Source: a virus. Taken from it: DNA of 64,000 bases. Below the pieces are notes generated by a model. That model was not told where the DNA came from and searched no databases. It saw only the letters and a program-made list of their open reading frames with translations. Location: positions 22,059 through 86,058 of the IMG/VR virus record IMGVR_UViG_3300042400_000421, one strand, 5' to 3'. The position numbers were made by a program, and so were the translations under genes. Position 1 is the first letter of the stretch. Each line of letters starts with the position of its first letter. Below are positions 9,244 to 19,752 of the stretch, piece after piece.

Positions 9244-9870
9244 TTACTCAATGTCATAATGGTATCTATTGTCATCAGATGTTTTCCACTTGTTAGCATC
9301 TTCAACATCCCATTTTCTAGTATTAACAAATCTCTCAATCAAAGTTCCAGTCTTTGTTGTAAAAGATGGATCAAATAATCTAACTCTATTGTTTGGCTGT
9401 ATAGCATAGTTTCCGTCATCTCTAAGCATTACATGGCCGCATTTGTGTTGCCCAGGGTTTGTACTAAATCCAAGGTTTATGGTGTTATCATCGGGGGCAT
9501 GCCAATCAAGCGTGAATAAATACTTAGCGTTTACAAACTCACCAGAACGAGCAACATAAGTCATTCTCATATTTCTCATTGCTTGAAATTCAGTAACCGC
9601 TACATGAGGACTAAAAGAGTTCCAAAGAACAAGTTCATGAATATCAACTTCAGGAACATTTGGTCTTTCACAAAAAGCATTTATAGGCATTCTCCACCAA
9701 ACCCCTCCATCCTCCATTAAGAAGTGAAATAAAGGACTTCTCCCTTGAATACTTGTTACTCCAAAAATCATGCAAGGGAAGTATTCATCATGAGAATCTA
9801 ATTGATCTCTTAAGAAGTTACCTCTAACGTAACATTCAATCATTGGTATATTGGCATTAAGTTCTGGCAT
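9244..9870 (-). CDS. phage hypothetical protein
   Basis: Likely start MPELNANIP. Protein-like composition; motifs HKCGH and YAIQPNNR. Confidence 0.7.
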   Translation of the reverse strand: MPELNANIPMIECYVRGNFLRDQLDSHDEYFPCMIFGVTSIQGRSPLFHFLMEDGGVWWRMPINAFCERPNVPEVDIHELVLWNSFSPHVAVTEFQAMRNMRMTYVARSGEFVNAKYLFTLDWHAPDDNTINLGFSTNPGQHKCGHVMLRDDGNYAIQPNNRVRLFDPSFTTKTGTLIERFVNTRKWDVEDANKWKTSDDNRYHYDIE

Positions 9871-9886
9871 TTTGTTTATCTTTCTT

Positions 9887-10186
9887 TTATTCGTAATCTG
9901 AATCTTTAATAAGTTCCTTAAAAACTTCCCATTCAATGATGGCAACTTTTACATCAGAATCTTCTCCAAGAACAACGGAGATGCAGGGGTGTTTATGGTT
10001 AGACTTCCAAGCGTCTTTTCTCATCTTTAACCAGTTAAGTCTAGTTAGACTAAACGAAGAACCATTGTGTTTATAGTCCAAGAGAAAACTGTGAAACTCA
10101 GCATCACCTTTTTTCAAACCCCTACCAGAATTCTTAACAGCCTTGGCAGCGTCTTTTTTAATCTCTTCTTTTTCTGTTCTTTTCAA
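9887..10186 (-). CDS. Hjc-like PD-(D/E)xK resolvase/endonuclease
   Basis: E...NSGRG..KGDA...LDYK pattern of short phage resolvases; close to recA. Confidence 0.65.
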   Translation of the reverse strand: MKRTEKEEIKKDAAKAVKNSGRGLKKGDAEFHSFLLDYKHNGSSFSLTRLNWLKMRKDAWKSNHKHPCISVVLGEDSDVKVAIIEWEVFKELIKDSDYE

Positions 10187-10201
10187 TGCAATTCTTTCTG
10201 A

Positions 10202-10330
10202 CTATTCCCAAAAATAATCATCGTCTTCAAAATCTTCCTCAATCTTCTTAATTAAGGCAATAGTTCCTATGACTAAAAGACCCGAAGCAATAGTAAAGGG
10301 TAGTGTTATAAATATAAGCAGTTTTTTCAT
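10202..10330 (-). CDS. small single-pass membrane protein (42 aa)
   Basis: Manual translation MKKLLIFITLPFTIASGLLVIGTIALIKKIEEDFEDDDYFWE; ATGA overlap with the recA stop. Confidence 0.55.
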   Translation of the reverse strand: MKKLLIFITLPFTIASGLLVIGTIALIKKIEEDFEDDDYFWE

Positions 10331-11244
10331 CCTACTAATATTTTAGCACTAATCTCCTCAATCTGCTTTTCGGTTAACTCAATCTTACCCATACCATTCC
10401 ACTTCTCTTCCTGATAGAAGAACCAAGCGCCTCTGCGTTCAATAATCCCCATCTCAATGGCGATATCAAGCATTTCACGATACTTATCAATAGAAGCCTC
10501 TTGGGGGAGAACATAATACTCACCCTTTGTGCCGATACTCGCTCTTTGCTTTGTCTTCTCAATAGTCCAAGCAACCTTCTGAGAAGTAATCATATTACGA
10601 TCATCTCTTTCCATTTCCTTAGATGACTGTGACAAGAACAACTTAACAATATTATGCATATTATGGAAAACTGAGTTACCAATTTTTGCCTTAGTAACTG
10701 CATACATTCCACTCAAGTCCATTGTCTGATGAGCAATAAAGATCATTATGTTTCTCTCTTTATGGAGGTAGTTAACCAACTGCTGAAGAAGAGCGCCTTG
10801 AGAGCGAGCAAGCAAACCAATTGCTTTACTTCCTTCCGGCTTGTCGTATGCTTCCTGTCTAATGATATTTGATAGAGAGTCAAACAAGAAGATGTGCTTC
10901 TCTTCTTGATGGTTCAGGTAAGGATAAAGATTCTTTAGAATATCCTCAACAACTGTTGATTGAATTACAACAATATCCTCAATGTTTACACCACACTTAG
11001 CAGCATACTCTTCATTAAATGAATATTCAGAGTCAACTATTACAGGCCTAAAACCTTTAGCCTGAGCTTCAGCAAGAATTCTGAAACAAATAGTTGACTT
11101 ACCTACTGAGGGGTTGCCCCAAAATAAATGAGTAGCCCCAGTATTTAAACCACCGCCTAGTGCTCGGTTAAGACCGACACTTGGAGTTTCAATAACCTCA
11201 TGGATTGGCATGAGGTCGCCTTTACGCTTATCTACAATTAGCAT
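10327..11244 (-). CDS. recA: RecA/UvsX-like recombinase
   Basis: LNRALGGG, Walker A GNPSVGKS, VDSE, Walker B FLFDS. Confidence 0.92.
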   Translation of the reverse strand: MLIVDKRKGDLMPIHEVIETPSVGLNRALGGGLNTGATHLFWGNPSVGKSTICFRILAEAQAKGFRPVIVDSEYSFNEEYAAKCGVNIEDIVVIQSTVVEDILKNLYPYLNHQEEKHIFLFDSLSNIIRQEAYDKPEGSKAIGLLARSQGALLQQLVNYLHKERNIMIFIAHQTMDLSGMYAVTKAKIGNSVFHNMHNIVKLFLSQSSKEMERDDRNMITSQKVAWTIEKTKQRASIGTKGEYYVLPQEASIDKYREMLDIAIEMGIIERRGAWFFYQEEKWNGMGKIELTEKQIEEISAKILVG

Positions 11245-11290
11245 ATACTTTTCTTTCTTTTATAGTTTTTATTATCATAACACATGGATA

Positions 11291-12325
11291 CTATAGAGTT
11301 CCCATCCAATTATGAATTATTTCCGCACAATATTCAAAATCAACACAATTTTTAAATGTTTTATATGCATTAATAGACATTTCATCTAATACATCTTTAT
11401 TGATATAAATTTCTTTTATTTTCTTTATTGCATCGTCATTTGAATACTGATCTAAGTCAATGCAACTTTTATCATTAAATAGTTCTTGAGCTAACTGATT
11501 TCGGTACAGAGAACTTCTTATGATTGTTGGTCTTCCACAGGCGTAAGCATTATAAATTATATGACCATACCCATCACCATGATCTTTGACATGAAAAACT
11601 AAATCATCATTATTCATTGAGTTTGCTAGGTCTACAACACCTGACATATTACCATCACGGCACTGACCACCATAGCTGTTGAATTTAATTTCTGGTATGG
11701 ACTTCTCAAGTTCATTAAAATCTCTCCAGCCAATTGGTAATTCCTGTAACAAATTTACATAGCTACTTATTCTTCCAGATTCTTTATGACTTGTTGGCTT
11801 AAATATATTTGTATCAAACTCTTGATGATAGTAGATTACATTAGCATCTTCAATAGTCCCCGGATTAACAGATCCCATAACATTAAGTCCTCTGAATATA
11901 TTAGGGTCCCAATTATTTCCAATTTGAATTATCAACTTAGCCTGTGGTTGAAACTTTTTGATTAACTCTTGAAATACAGAAATGTGCGCTGGTATTGAAG
12001 CAATCATGAAATCAAATTTCTGGCTCTTAAAAGCTTCTAATGTTATTCCATTATGTGTTGTTATATTGCCGGGGTCATACACGCTATATACACCATCTGA
12101 ATGTTCTTTAACAACATTAAGAGGAGGAGTGTTATCTGCTAATACTTGGGTTTTAACATCAAGAAATTGTTTAGCAGTATCTAATTGGTCATTGATAGCC
12201 CAGTAGCCTTCATAGAACCATTCAAGCCCGATTGGTCTATATACATTCATTCCTAGCCTCTCCTCAAAAAGCATCACCAATGAACGCAAAAGAGAGTTGT
12301 GATGAAAATCAGTTAAGATATTCAT
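11291..12325 (-). CDS. putative GT-B glycosyltransferase
   Basis: C-terminal DGYGHIIYNAYACGRPTI resembles the GT4 donor-binding motif. Confidence 0.7.
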   Translation of the reverse strand: MNILTDFHHNSLLRSLVMLFEERLGMNVYRPIGLEWFYEGYWAINDQLDTAKQFLDVKTQVLADNTPPLNVVKEHSDGVYSVYDPGNITTHNGITLEAFKSQKFDFMIASIPAHISVFQELIKKFQPQAKLIIQIGNNWDPNIFRGLNVMGSVNPGTIEDANVIYYHQEFDTNIFKPTSHKESGRISSYVNLLQELPIGWRDFNELEKSIPEIKFNSYGGQCRDGNMSGVVDLANSMNNDDLVFHVKDHGDGYGHIIYNAYACGRPTIIRSSLYRNQLAQELFNDKSCIDLDQYSNDDAIKKIKEIYINKDVLDEMSINAYKTFKNCVDFEYCAEIIHNWMGTL

Positions 12326-13071
12326 TGTTTTTCAAAATATGCTAAACCAATAGTTTCATAATTTTGTACATCTGCAAAACGCTTGTTTGTTACATCTTTA
12401 AACTGATTGCCAATAAGAGTATTAAATTCTTTATACATCTCCTTGGTTGTTGGCAAAGCATGAAGTTCTGCAACAATGCTATTAATCTTCTCCAATGTCT
12501 CAGGAGATGCTCCCTTGAAAGCACTCCACTCAGCGCCTTCGCAATCAATCTTAAGAATATCTACATTATCAATATCACCAAGAACATCATCAAGACTAAT
12601 TGTGCTTACTTTAATTTCGCGGCCTTCTGTCCAAAGATCCTTTTGCCATTCTGAAGAATCGATAGTATTCCCAATAAAGCGATGATGTGAACCTGATTCT
12701 GTATTCTCATTGCCATATCTTAATACAACTTCCTTACCTGATACTTCATTAATAGCTTTATGGTGGAGAGTAAAATTGTTTTCCCATCCATTTGCTTTAA
12801 CATTCTTCATAATAAGTTCAGCATTCTCCGGCAATGGCTCAACTGCAATCACTTTGAATCCACGACTGAGCATTGCGAGTGAGCAACCTCCAGCATGTGC
12901 GCCAATATCTACTGCTGTAGATTTTTCAAGGTCAACCTGCAAGTCGCCAATCTTGTATTCATCCTCGGCAATGCAAGAATACAAAGTATTCCAGTCATTA
13001 GTTCCTTGTCTTGTGAATATAGTTACCTCCACACCCCAAGGTGTTTTAATCTTATCTTCTTTATATTGCAT
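12322..13071 (-). CDS. FkbM-family methyltransferase
   Basis: VDIGAHAG, AVEP, ILKIDCEGAE, ELH. Confidence 0.92.
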   Translation of the reverse strand: MQYKEDKIKTPWGVEVTIFTRQGTNDWNTLYSCIAEDEYKIGDLQVDLEKSTAVDIGAHAGGCSLAMLSRGFKVIAVEPLPENAELIMKNVKANGWENNFTLHHKAINEVSGKEVVLRYGNENTESGSHHRFIGNTIDSSEWQKDLWTEGREIKVSTISLDDVLGDIDNVDILKIDCEGAEWSAFKGASPETLEKINSIVAELHALPTTKEMYKEFNTLIGNQFKDVTNKRFADVQNYETIGLAYFEKQ

Positions 13072-14059
13072 CTAAAAATTCCTTCCATTGTTTCATTATT
13101 TTCTTTTTACCAAATACATCAATAGCGTAGGCTCTTTGCTTTTCACTAATCTGTTTTGCGTATGCATCGTTGTCAATCAACTCTTGTGTTTGTGAAATCA
13201 TTTCCTCAATGCTTCCACATACGATTCCACCAAAATCCCTAAGAATATCTTCCACTTCATAGAAATCAAAATTATATATAATATTTGCCATTTGATTACT
13301 GATTGCGACAATTGGCAATCCCATCATTAATGCTTCAATAAAAGACAGCGTATATGATGCAGGAGCAGTTCCACCATATGGCATAACTCTTGCCTCTTGC
13401 ATTCTCTTTATCTGAGCCTCGTAAGGTATAGCACCGCCGTTATATTTACCTAAGTCATCATTGCCGGGGCCATAGATTGTCCCATCAAATTTCTCAATAA
13501 CAGCCATGACTTCATCGTAATGACAATGATCTCTTCTACCTTTTAATGTCTGGGCAAAGTTAACAACATTGCGACCATCGCCAGTCCAGCCCGACAACTC
13601 ATCTTCATCTTTGCAAAAACGAATGAGTATATCTTCCCCAATGTAATTAGAAATCCTTCTTTCGTTTGGAGAGTATCTAATAATCTTTAGACCTTCATCA
13701 CGCATTGGTTTCAAAGCTGCCTCTACTGCTTCAGTAGACTGACCTATTGTTCTCCAAATTACATTCTTATGCTTAATCCGACTCCAGTTTTCAATAATTA
13801 CATTAGGCGAATGCATTACGATAATGACATCAAATGGGTCAATAAGTTCACTTGGCAAGTTTGTCTTTGGAAAATTGGTTGCAAAAGGTACATACTCATG
13901 ATACATAACCGCATTCTTAATTGCTGGTCTTGGATGACTGATATGCCCCGCCGGATCAATGTATGCTCCATTAGAGAATACCTCATGACCCAAATCTGTT
14001 AGCAGCTGTACTTCATCATATTCCAATATTGAATGACAACTTAAATAATGTATTTTCAT
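13061..14059 (-). CDS. putative GT-B glycosyltransferase
   Basis: Likely start MKIHYL (ATGA overlap); YTLSFIEALMMGLPIV motif. Confidence 0.75.
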   Translation of the reverse strand: MKIHYLSCHSILEYDEVQLLTDLGHEVFSNGAYIDPAGHISHPRPAIKNAVMYHEYVPFATNFPKTNLPSELIDPFDVIIVMHSPNVIIENWSRIKHKNVIWRTIGQSTEAVEAALKPMRDEGLKIIRYSPNERRISNYIGEDILIRFCKDEDELSGWTGDGRNVVNFAQTLKGRRDHCHYDEVMAVIEKFDGTIYGPGNDDLGKYNGGAIPYEAQIKRMQEARVMPYGGTAPASYTLSFIEALMMGLPIVAISNQMANIIYNFDFYEVEDILRDFGGIVCGSIEEMISQTQELIDNDAYAKQISEKQRAYAIDVFGKKKIMKQWKEFLDAI

Positions 14060-15132
14060 TTTACTTCCTCTAGTATTTCCCATGCTCTTTTGATGTACGG
14101 TTGAGATACTTTCTCCCAAGTCATGTTTTCACTTATATACAACGCACTATTATATGTGTGTTGTGCAATCTGTTCGTAGTTACTAGTAACATGAATCATT
14201 TTGTCACACAAGTCGTCAAAGATTGGCTCTGCCCATAATCCACAGTTCTCATACCGACCAAACATTTTCCATGTACTCCAATTAAAATCAAGAGGTACTG
14301 ACATATCTGCGAACTCAGTGCAGGCTAATGCATTTGTACAAATTGTTGGGATACCTTTAGCAATTGATTGAAACGGTATATTCCCCCATCCTTCTCCGCT
14401 GGTCGGATAGATGAGACAGTCAGCCATATCATAAATCTCTCCCAGTTTCTCATGTGAAACTTCATCATCAATAATCTCAATCTGGGGATGGCGAAGAGAA
14501 TGCATCTCTCTACCTCTAAAGATTCTTCCATCAGGTTCACCATTGGATTTATAAATTAAACGGTAGTTATCGTTACCCTCATACAATCTTAAAAAAGCAT
14601 CAACAGCCATTTGAGAGTTCTTCCGGCTGGAAGGTGAACCCATAGACAAGAATGTAAATGTTGAATGTGGTGTTCTTAGCTTGGGAGAATAAATATTGGG
14701 GTCAACTCCAAGCTTAAACTCATGAACCGGCCGATGAACACCCGACTCAATGAATACCTTTTGCATAGCAACACTGCATGTCCAAATCTCATCCATGCTA
14801 TTGCATAGATCAACCCAATAATTAGGAAGTCTATTTGTCTCCCAGAATGTAAATCCAACGGAATAACGTTGTGACTTTACAAAACCATCAGGTACGGAAT
14901 GATTAATGATAATCTCTTGTGTGCAATCATCTTTCTCCATGTACCCGATACCAAGACCTTCCAGCATCGCCATATCAGGTGGCATTTGAATCTTTCCAAT
15001 CTCGGTCCAGTCCGTGGGCTTGCTTCTACGGATTGGCAATCCGCTTGACCCAATGAAGTCCCATAGGCGGTCGGGCGTGTATCCGTAGCCCTCACTAAAT
15101 TTTGGTATTTGGTTATCCGACCAAACCAGCAT
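14056..15132 (-). CDS. GT4-like glycosyltransferase
   Basis: EGYG, FWET, RKN, PTSGEGWGNIPFQSIAKGIPTI. Confidence 0.88.
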   Translation of the reverse strand: MLVWSDNQIPKFSEGYGYTPDRLWDFIGSSGLPIRRSKPTDWTEIGKIQMPPDMAMLEGLGIGYMEKDDCTQEIIINHSVPDGFVKSQRYSVGFTFWETNRLPNYWVDLCNSMDEIWTCSVAMQKVFIESGVHRPVHEFKLGVDPNIYSPKLRTPHSTFTFLSMGSPSSRKNSQMAVDAFLRLYEGNDNYRLIYKSNGEPDGRIFRGREMHSLRHPQIEIIDDEVSHEKLGEIYDMADCLIYPTSGEGWGNIPFQSIAKGIPTICTNALACTEFADMSVPLDFNWSTWKMFGRYENCGLWAEPIFDDLCDKMIHVTSNYEQIAQHTYNSALYISENMTWEKVSQPYIKRAWEILEEVK

Positions 15133-18100
15133 GCACTAATCCTTTCATATCTATATACTTTGCAATTGGAATCATTGCTCTCTCATTTTCAATCTTGTAC
15201 GAGTCAAGCCGTGTCAAAGTTTTCTTGTCCTCAATTTTAGCAAGTTTTGCAGCATACCATGAACCCTTTTTGATGATACTTTTTACCTTACCAAATACCC
15301 CAGGGAATACAACAATCTTAAAGATCTGTTCCCCATCCCAGCAATAAAGGTTTGCCATATCCTTACCAGTCTGTGTTGTAAAGAATCTAGTGTGAAAGAT
15401 ATACAACAACGTCTTTTCATCGTCAGCGCCACCCAGTCCCGATGGATACAGCCACGCATAGTCATGCTCTTTTGCCTTAGCACGAAGTTTTACAAACTCA
15501 TGCATCGGTGTATCTATATAATGGTATGCGTCACAAAAAGAGTGAAGTGTCCGGTCACCAATCAATGCGTACACATAGTCTCTCACGGCCACTTCTGTAT
15601 CACGCTCTGCAAACACCGTAGCAGAGCCTGACGCATCTTCAAACTCAATACGGAGGTATTGTGGTGTTTTCTTAGTAGAACGCACCACAGCCTTTACCAT
15701 CGTCAATGGAGAGTTAATCTCATGGAAGTTCGCTATGTCTTCTACGAATTCATCCATCTCGTTCTTCTCCGAATGAATTGTAATTGGAAAACCCAAAATT
15801 GGAAGATAGTAACGCTCATGTTCATATTGAGAAGCAAACCCAATTGATTTGAATGCGCCTACCTTATCTAAGTTATCTTTAACATTAACTCTAACTGCTC
15901 TCTTAGAGCATTTGTTTGTGAATTCATCGTAAGAGTTAAATGGTCGCTTAGCTTTAATCTCGTCAATTGCTGTACGACCACATGCCTGAACATTGCTTAG
16001 TCCAAACCTAATTCCTACTTGCCCATCAACATAACCAACGGTAAAGTACTCATCTGACTCATTAATATCGGGAGGAAAGATATTCACACCCAATCTCTGC
16101 GCTTCCATCAAGTAAGCCGTAATCTTATCCGTTGCATCTTCATTGCAAAGCAAAGCCCAAGTGAACTCAAGCGGATAGTTGACTTTGAGCCACATAGTCT
16201 GGTAAGACAACATTGAATAAGCAACAGCATGAGACTTGTTAAACATGTACAAGGCTGCTAACTCAAAGTCCAGCCAAATCTTTTCCGCTTTCTCTTTTGT
16301 AATATATTGGTTATTGACAAACTTTTCTCTGTATTCATCAAATCCAGCAGCGTCACGCTTCTTACCAATGATTTTTCTAAGTTTGTCTGCTTCAGCCCAA
16401 GTGAAGTCTGCAAGCAACACAGCCATTTGCATTAGTTGCTCTTGGAAGATGACAGTTCCGTAAGTTTCACGAAGAATATCTTCAACCAAAGGGTGAGGGT
16501 AGCGAGGCTTCTTCTCACCTTTCTTGCAGTCAATATAAGTCTTACCTTGTGACAACAATGCCCCCGGTCTTACTAATGCGTTACTAACTACTAAATCATT
16601 GAAGTTATCCACGCCCATTCTTTCAATAAGATTTCGATAAGCAGCAGCATCGGCTTGGAATACACCTACTGTATTTCCGTCATTAATTGCTGTATATACT
16701 TTAGGGTCATTAAGCTCAAGAGATTGTTCTGTTACATCAATACCAGTTCTCTCTTTGATCTTAGACAAGCAATCCTTAATCACTGAAACGGTTTTAAGAC
16801 CTAATACGTCAATCTTAATTAACCCAACCGCTTCGGCATCTTCCATGTCAAAGGCTGTTACGACTGAACGAATACCAGCATTGACATCTTTTCTAGACTC
16901 AACAGGGCAAATTTCAGTTAAAGGAATAGATGAAACGACCATTCCGGCAGCATGAATGCCTGCATTACGAATACGACCTTCAAGTTTCTTTGACAACTCT
17001 GCAACATCAGGATACTTCTTACAAAAGATCTTACCCTTATCAGATGTTTCTAATTCTTCAATTGTCTCAAAGTATGGAGTAATTGCATTAATCTCTTGAA
17101 ATGGAACTTGGAAAACTCTAGACACATCCTTAACAGCAGACTTAGGCTTATATGTTCCATAAGTAGTAATTGCTGCTACTTTGTCATGACCCCATCTATC
17201 ACGAAGATAATTTCTTACTTCATGTCTGCGCTTATCTTCAAAGTCCAAGTCAATGTCGGGGTAGTCATTACGCTCAGGGTTAATAAATCGTGCAAACAAC
17301 AGATTATATTTGATTGGATCTACTTTAGAAATATCAAGAAGATAGGCCATAAGGCTTCCTCCAACTGAGCCACGACCAGTGCCACGACCAATATTATTTG
17401 CGTCTGCCCATTTAACAAGATCCCAAACAATTAAGAAGTAGTCAGAGAAACCAAGTTGTTTAATAATTCCCAACTCTTCTTCAAGACGAACTTTGTATTC
17501 TTCTCCTAGATTGCGATTAGATAATTCAAATTCTGTAAGTTCACGAATGTAATCATCAGAATTAAATAACTTTGAATATTTAGGAAGAAGATTCTTTCTC
17601 TTCTCAATCTTTGCAGTGCATTTCTCTGCAACTTCAATAGTATTTTCAAGATATGAGATATCAGAGTACCCAGCATCTTGAAACCAATTATAAACGGTAT
17701 CGGCATCTGCCATGTAAGGATTGATATCGTCAAACCGGAGGCTTCTCTGCGGATACATTTTATTAATCTTGTCTACGATAGAAGAGTCGGGGTCGTTAAG
17801 AACCGGCATATTTTCTTTTGCGTAGCGCTCTTCTCCTGCACTTAGGCTTGGATACTGGGAAACCATCAACAATACTTCTTCACAACCCTTTTCATCATGT
17901 GTAGGAAAGTGACAGTCAGCAGTTGCAACAACTTTCTTATCAAAGGCTTTTGACAAGTCAATAAGCCCATCATTTATAGACTTTGGATTCCATGCTTGAA
18001 TCTCAAAATAGAAATCGTCTTTGAATATCTTTACAAATCGTTCGGACAATTGTTCAGCTCTTGAATAGTTGCCTGACTCAATAGCCTTTGCAATAGAGCT

Positions 18101-18517
18101 ACCACGACAGCCTGATAATGCAATGATATCGTCATCAACTAAATCTTCTAGTAGCTCAAAGTCCATTCTTGGTTTATAGTAGAAGTTGTCAACCCAGCCA
18201 GTTCTTGATGCTTTGAATAACTTATTCAACCCCTCGTTGTTTTTTGCAAGAAGAATTAAATGGAATCGCTCATGTTTCCCATCACCATCACCTTTAATCT
18301 CTGGAACAAAGTATGCTTCAATACCGAAGATTGGCTTAACGCCTTCTTTAACGCATGCATCTTGAAACTTCAAGACACCGCCCATTGTTCCGTGGTCAGT
18401 GATAGCAGAAGCGTACTGACCGTTCCGGCTAGATGTTTTAGCCATTTCCTGAGGCGTAGACATTCCATCAAGGAGTGAATACTCCGAATGGCAATGCAGG
18501 TGAACAAAATCAGTCAT
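15113..18517 (-). CDS. dnaE: DNA polymerase III alpha subunit (family C)
   Basis: PHP domain HLHCHSEYSLLDG/TDHG/ADCH, GRGSVGGS, catalytic PDIDLDF, FNKSHAVAY. Confidence 0.97.
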   Translation of the reverse strand: MTDFVHLHCHSEYSLLDGMSTPQEMAKTSSRNGQYASAITDHGTMGGVLKFQDACVKEGVKPIFGIEAYFVPEIKGDGDGKHERFHLILLAKNNEGLNKLFKASRTGWVDNFYYKPRMDFELLEDLVDDDIIALSGCRGSSIAKAIESGNYSRAEQLSERFVKIFKDDFYFEIQAWNPKSINDGLIDLSKAFDKKVVATADCHFPTHDEKGCEEVLLMVSQYPSLSAGEERYAKENMPVLNDPDSSIVDKINKMYPQRSLRFDDINPYMADADTVYNWFQDAGYSDISYLENTIEVAEKCTAKIEKRKNLLPKYSKLFNSDDYIRELTEFELSNRNLGEEYKVRLEEELGIIKQLGFSDYFLIVWDLVKWADANNIGRGTGRGSVGGSLMAYLLDISKVDPIKYNLLFARFINPERNDYPDIDLDFEDKRRHEVRNYLRDRWGHDKVAAITTYGTYKPKSAVKDVSRVFQVPFQEINAITPYFETIEELETSDKGKIFCKKYPDVAELSKKLEGRIRNAGIHAAGMVVSSIPLTEICPVESRKDVNAGIRSVVTAFDMEDAEAVGLIKIDVLGLKTVSVIKDCLSKIKERTGIDVTEQSLELNDPKVYTAINDGNTVGVFQADAAAYRNLIERMGVDNFNDLVVSNALVRPGALLSQGKTYIDCKKGEKKPRYPHPLVEDILRETYGTVIFQEQLMQMAVLLADFTWAEADKLRKIIGKKRDAAGFDEYREKFVNNQYITKEKAEKIWLDFELAALYMFNKSHAVAYSMLSYQTMWLKVNYPLEFTWALLCNEDATDKITAYLMEAQRLGVNIFPPDINESDEYFTVGYVDGQVGIRFGLSNVQACGRTAIDEIKAKRPFNSYDEFTNKCSKRAVRVNVKDNLDKVGAFKSIGFASQYEHERYYLPILGFPITIHSEKNEMDEFVEDIANFHEINSPLTMVKAVVRSTKKTPQYLRIEFEDASGSATVFAERDTEVAVRDYVYALIGDRTLHSFCDAYHYIDTPMHEFVKLRAKAKEHDYAWLYPSGLGGADDEKTLLYIFHTRFFTTQTGKDMANLYCWDGEQIFKIVVFPGVFGKVKSIIKKGSWYAAKLAKIEDKKTLTRLDSYKIENERAMIPIAKYIDMKGLVHAGLVG

Positions 18518-19037
18518 TGATTTCCAATTCTAAAAGACTACCAATTGTAGGTAGTTGATTCCAATATTTTTTATTGTACCATGCTCGTCTGAGGAAAGCG
18601 TTGTGCCCCTCCTCAAGAAGTGTGATTACTTCGTTTGGATTATCTTCTACAATGAATTCAGCGTTAAGATCATTAATAACATTATGCTTTTCACCCATAT
18701 TACAAAAAATTGGTGTCATTGTTGATATTTGCCATTCATCAAGCCATTGCTGAGTCACACTCATTGATGCATCACTTCTTCTTGCAGTTACAATGTATAC
18801 ATCGTTGCCTTTGGCAAACCATTTATTAACTTGATACCAAGCATCCTCAAAAGGTTTTAAATTTTTCCAAAATAATAAGTCTTCCATTATTTCATTTGAT
18901 AAGTCACACTCATGATATGTTGTTAACCAGTCTGTGTAATCATAATCAAAATGCCCTCTTATTTCAAGAGCTACGGTTAATGATTCGCCAATATTAGCGA
19001 TTACACCGTCAAGATCTAAAGCAATTGTTTTTCCCAT
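18510..19037 (-). CDS. HAD-family 5'(3')-deoxyribonucleotidase
   Basis: ALDLDGVIA, IVTAR, K, IVEDNP, AWYN. Confidence 0.85.
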   Translation of the reverse strand: MGKTIALDLDGVIANIGESLTVALEIRGHFDYDYTDWLTTYHECDLSNEIMEDLLFWKNLKPFEDAWYQVNKWFAKGNDVYIVTARRSDASMSVTQQWLDEWQISTMTPIFCNMGEKHNVINDLNAEFIVEDNPNEVITLLEEGHNAFLRRAWYNKKYWNQLPTIGSLLELEIND

Positions 19038-19048
19038 ATAAATAGCAA

Positions 19049-19072
19049 GCAGGGGAGATTTCTCCCCCCTGC
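19049..19072 (-). terminator. GC-rich hairpin after SSB (weak terminator or stabiliser)
   Basis: Inverted repeat gcaggggaga-tt-tctcccccctgc with a poor T-tract. Confidence 0.55.
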
Positions 19073-19093
19073 GCCATTACCTCTCTATTAGAG

Positions 19094-19741
19094 TTACCAC
19101 TCGTCTTTTGAAATTTCGCCAGTTGTAAAGAATCGCTCTTGCTTGTCATATGACAATGTTAAATAAACATTGTCAAGATCATGCATTGGCAGTTCTGCTA
19201 CATCCTTTGGCATTTCTGAAACACTCAATGGAATAAGGCTATAGTTTGTGTCTGACGCACCTGAACCTTGACGAGAATACTTGTACTCTCTATCAGTAAT
19301 GCTACCGAATTCCTTTGCATACTCAATAAGAATTGAACCAATATGACGCTGATTGAATGTTGTATCAATAATTCGTGGTTCCCAAACTCCCGGCTCTACC
19401 TCAACTGCAACATTAATTACTAAGTGAGTCTTTGGCTTCCATGCCTTATCTTTATGAGTTTGTTCCGAACCCCAACAACGGAACCCAAACTTTTCAAGTC
19501 CGGCGGTAGAGGCTGCTCGCCACTTCCAGTTGATTGGTGATGTAATAACTGGAACCATTACTCCAGTCCCAAACTTTTCATCAAAGTTTTTTGCATCTTC
19601 TGTCAACTCTTGACGGAAGCGCACCTTGATTGATTCTCCTGCTTGGATTGTTAGGTACTTCTTAGTACCAGTTTTATTTGCACCCTGTGCAGGTGCAACT
19701 GCTTTTTCTAGCTCTGATAGTGTTTTTACTGTTTTAAACAT
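19094..19741 (-). CDS. single-stranded DNA-binding protein (gp32-like)
   Basis: KVRF, ITDREYKYSRQGSGASDTNY motif, acidic/aromatic C-terminus, position between primase and polymerase. Confidence 0.75.
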   Translation of the reverse strand: MFKTVKTLSELEKAVAPAQGANKTGTKKYLTIQAGESIKVRFRQELTEDAKNFDEKFGTGVMVPVITSPINWKWRAASTAGLEKFGFRCWGSEQTHKDKAWKPKTHLVINVAVEVEPGVWEPRIIDTTFNQRHIGSILIEYAKEFGSITDREYKYSRQGSGASDTNYSLIPLSVSEMPKDVAELPMHDLDNVYLTLSYDKQERFFTTGEISKDEW

Positions 19742-19752
19742 ATTTATATCTC

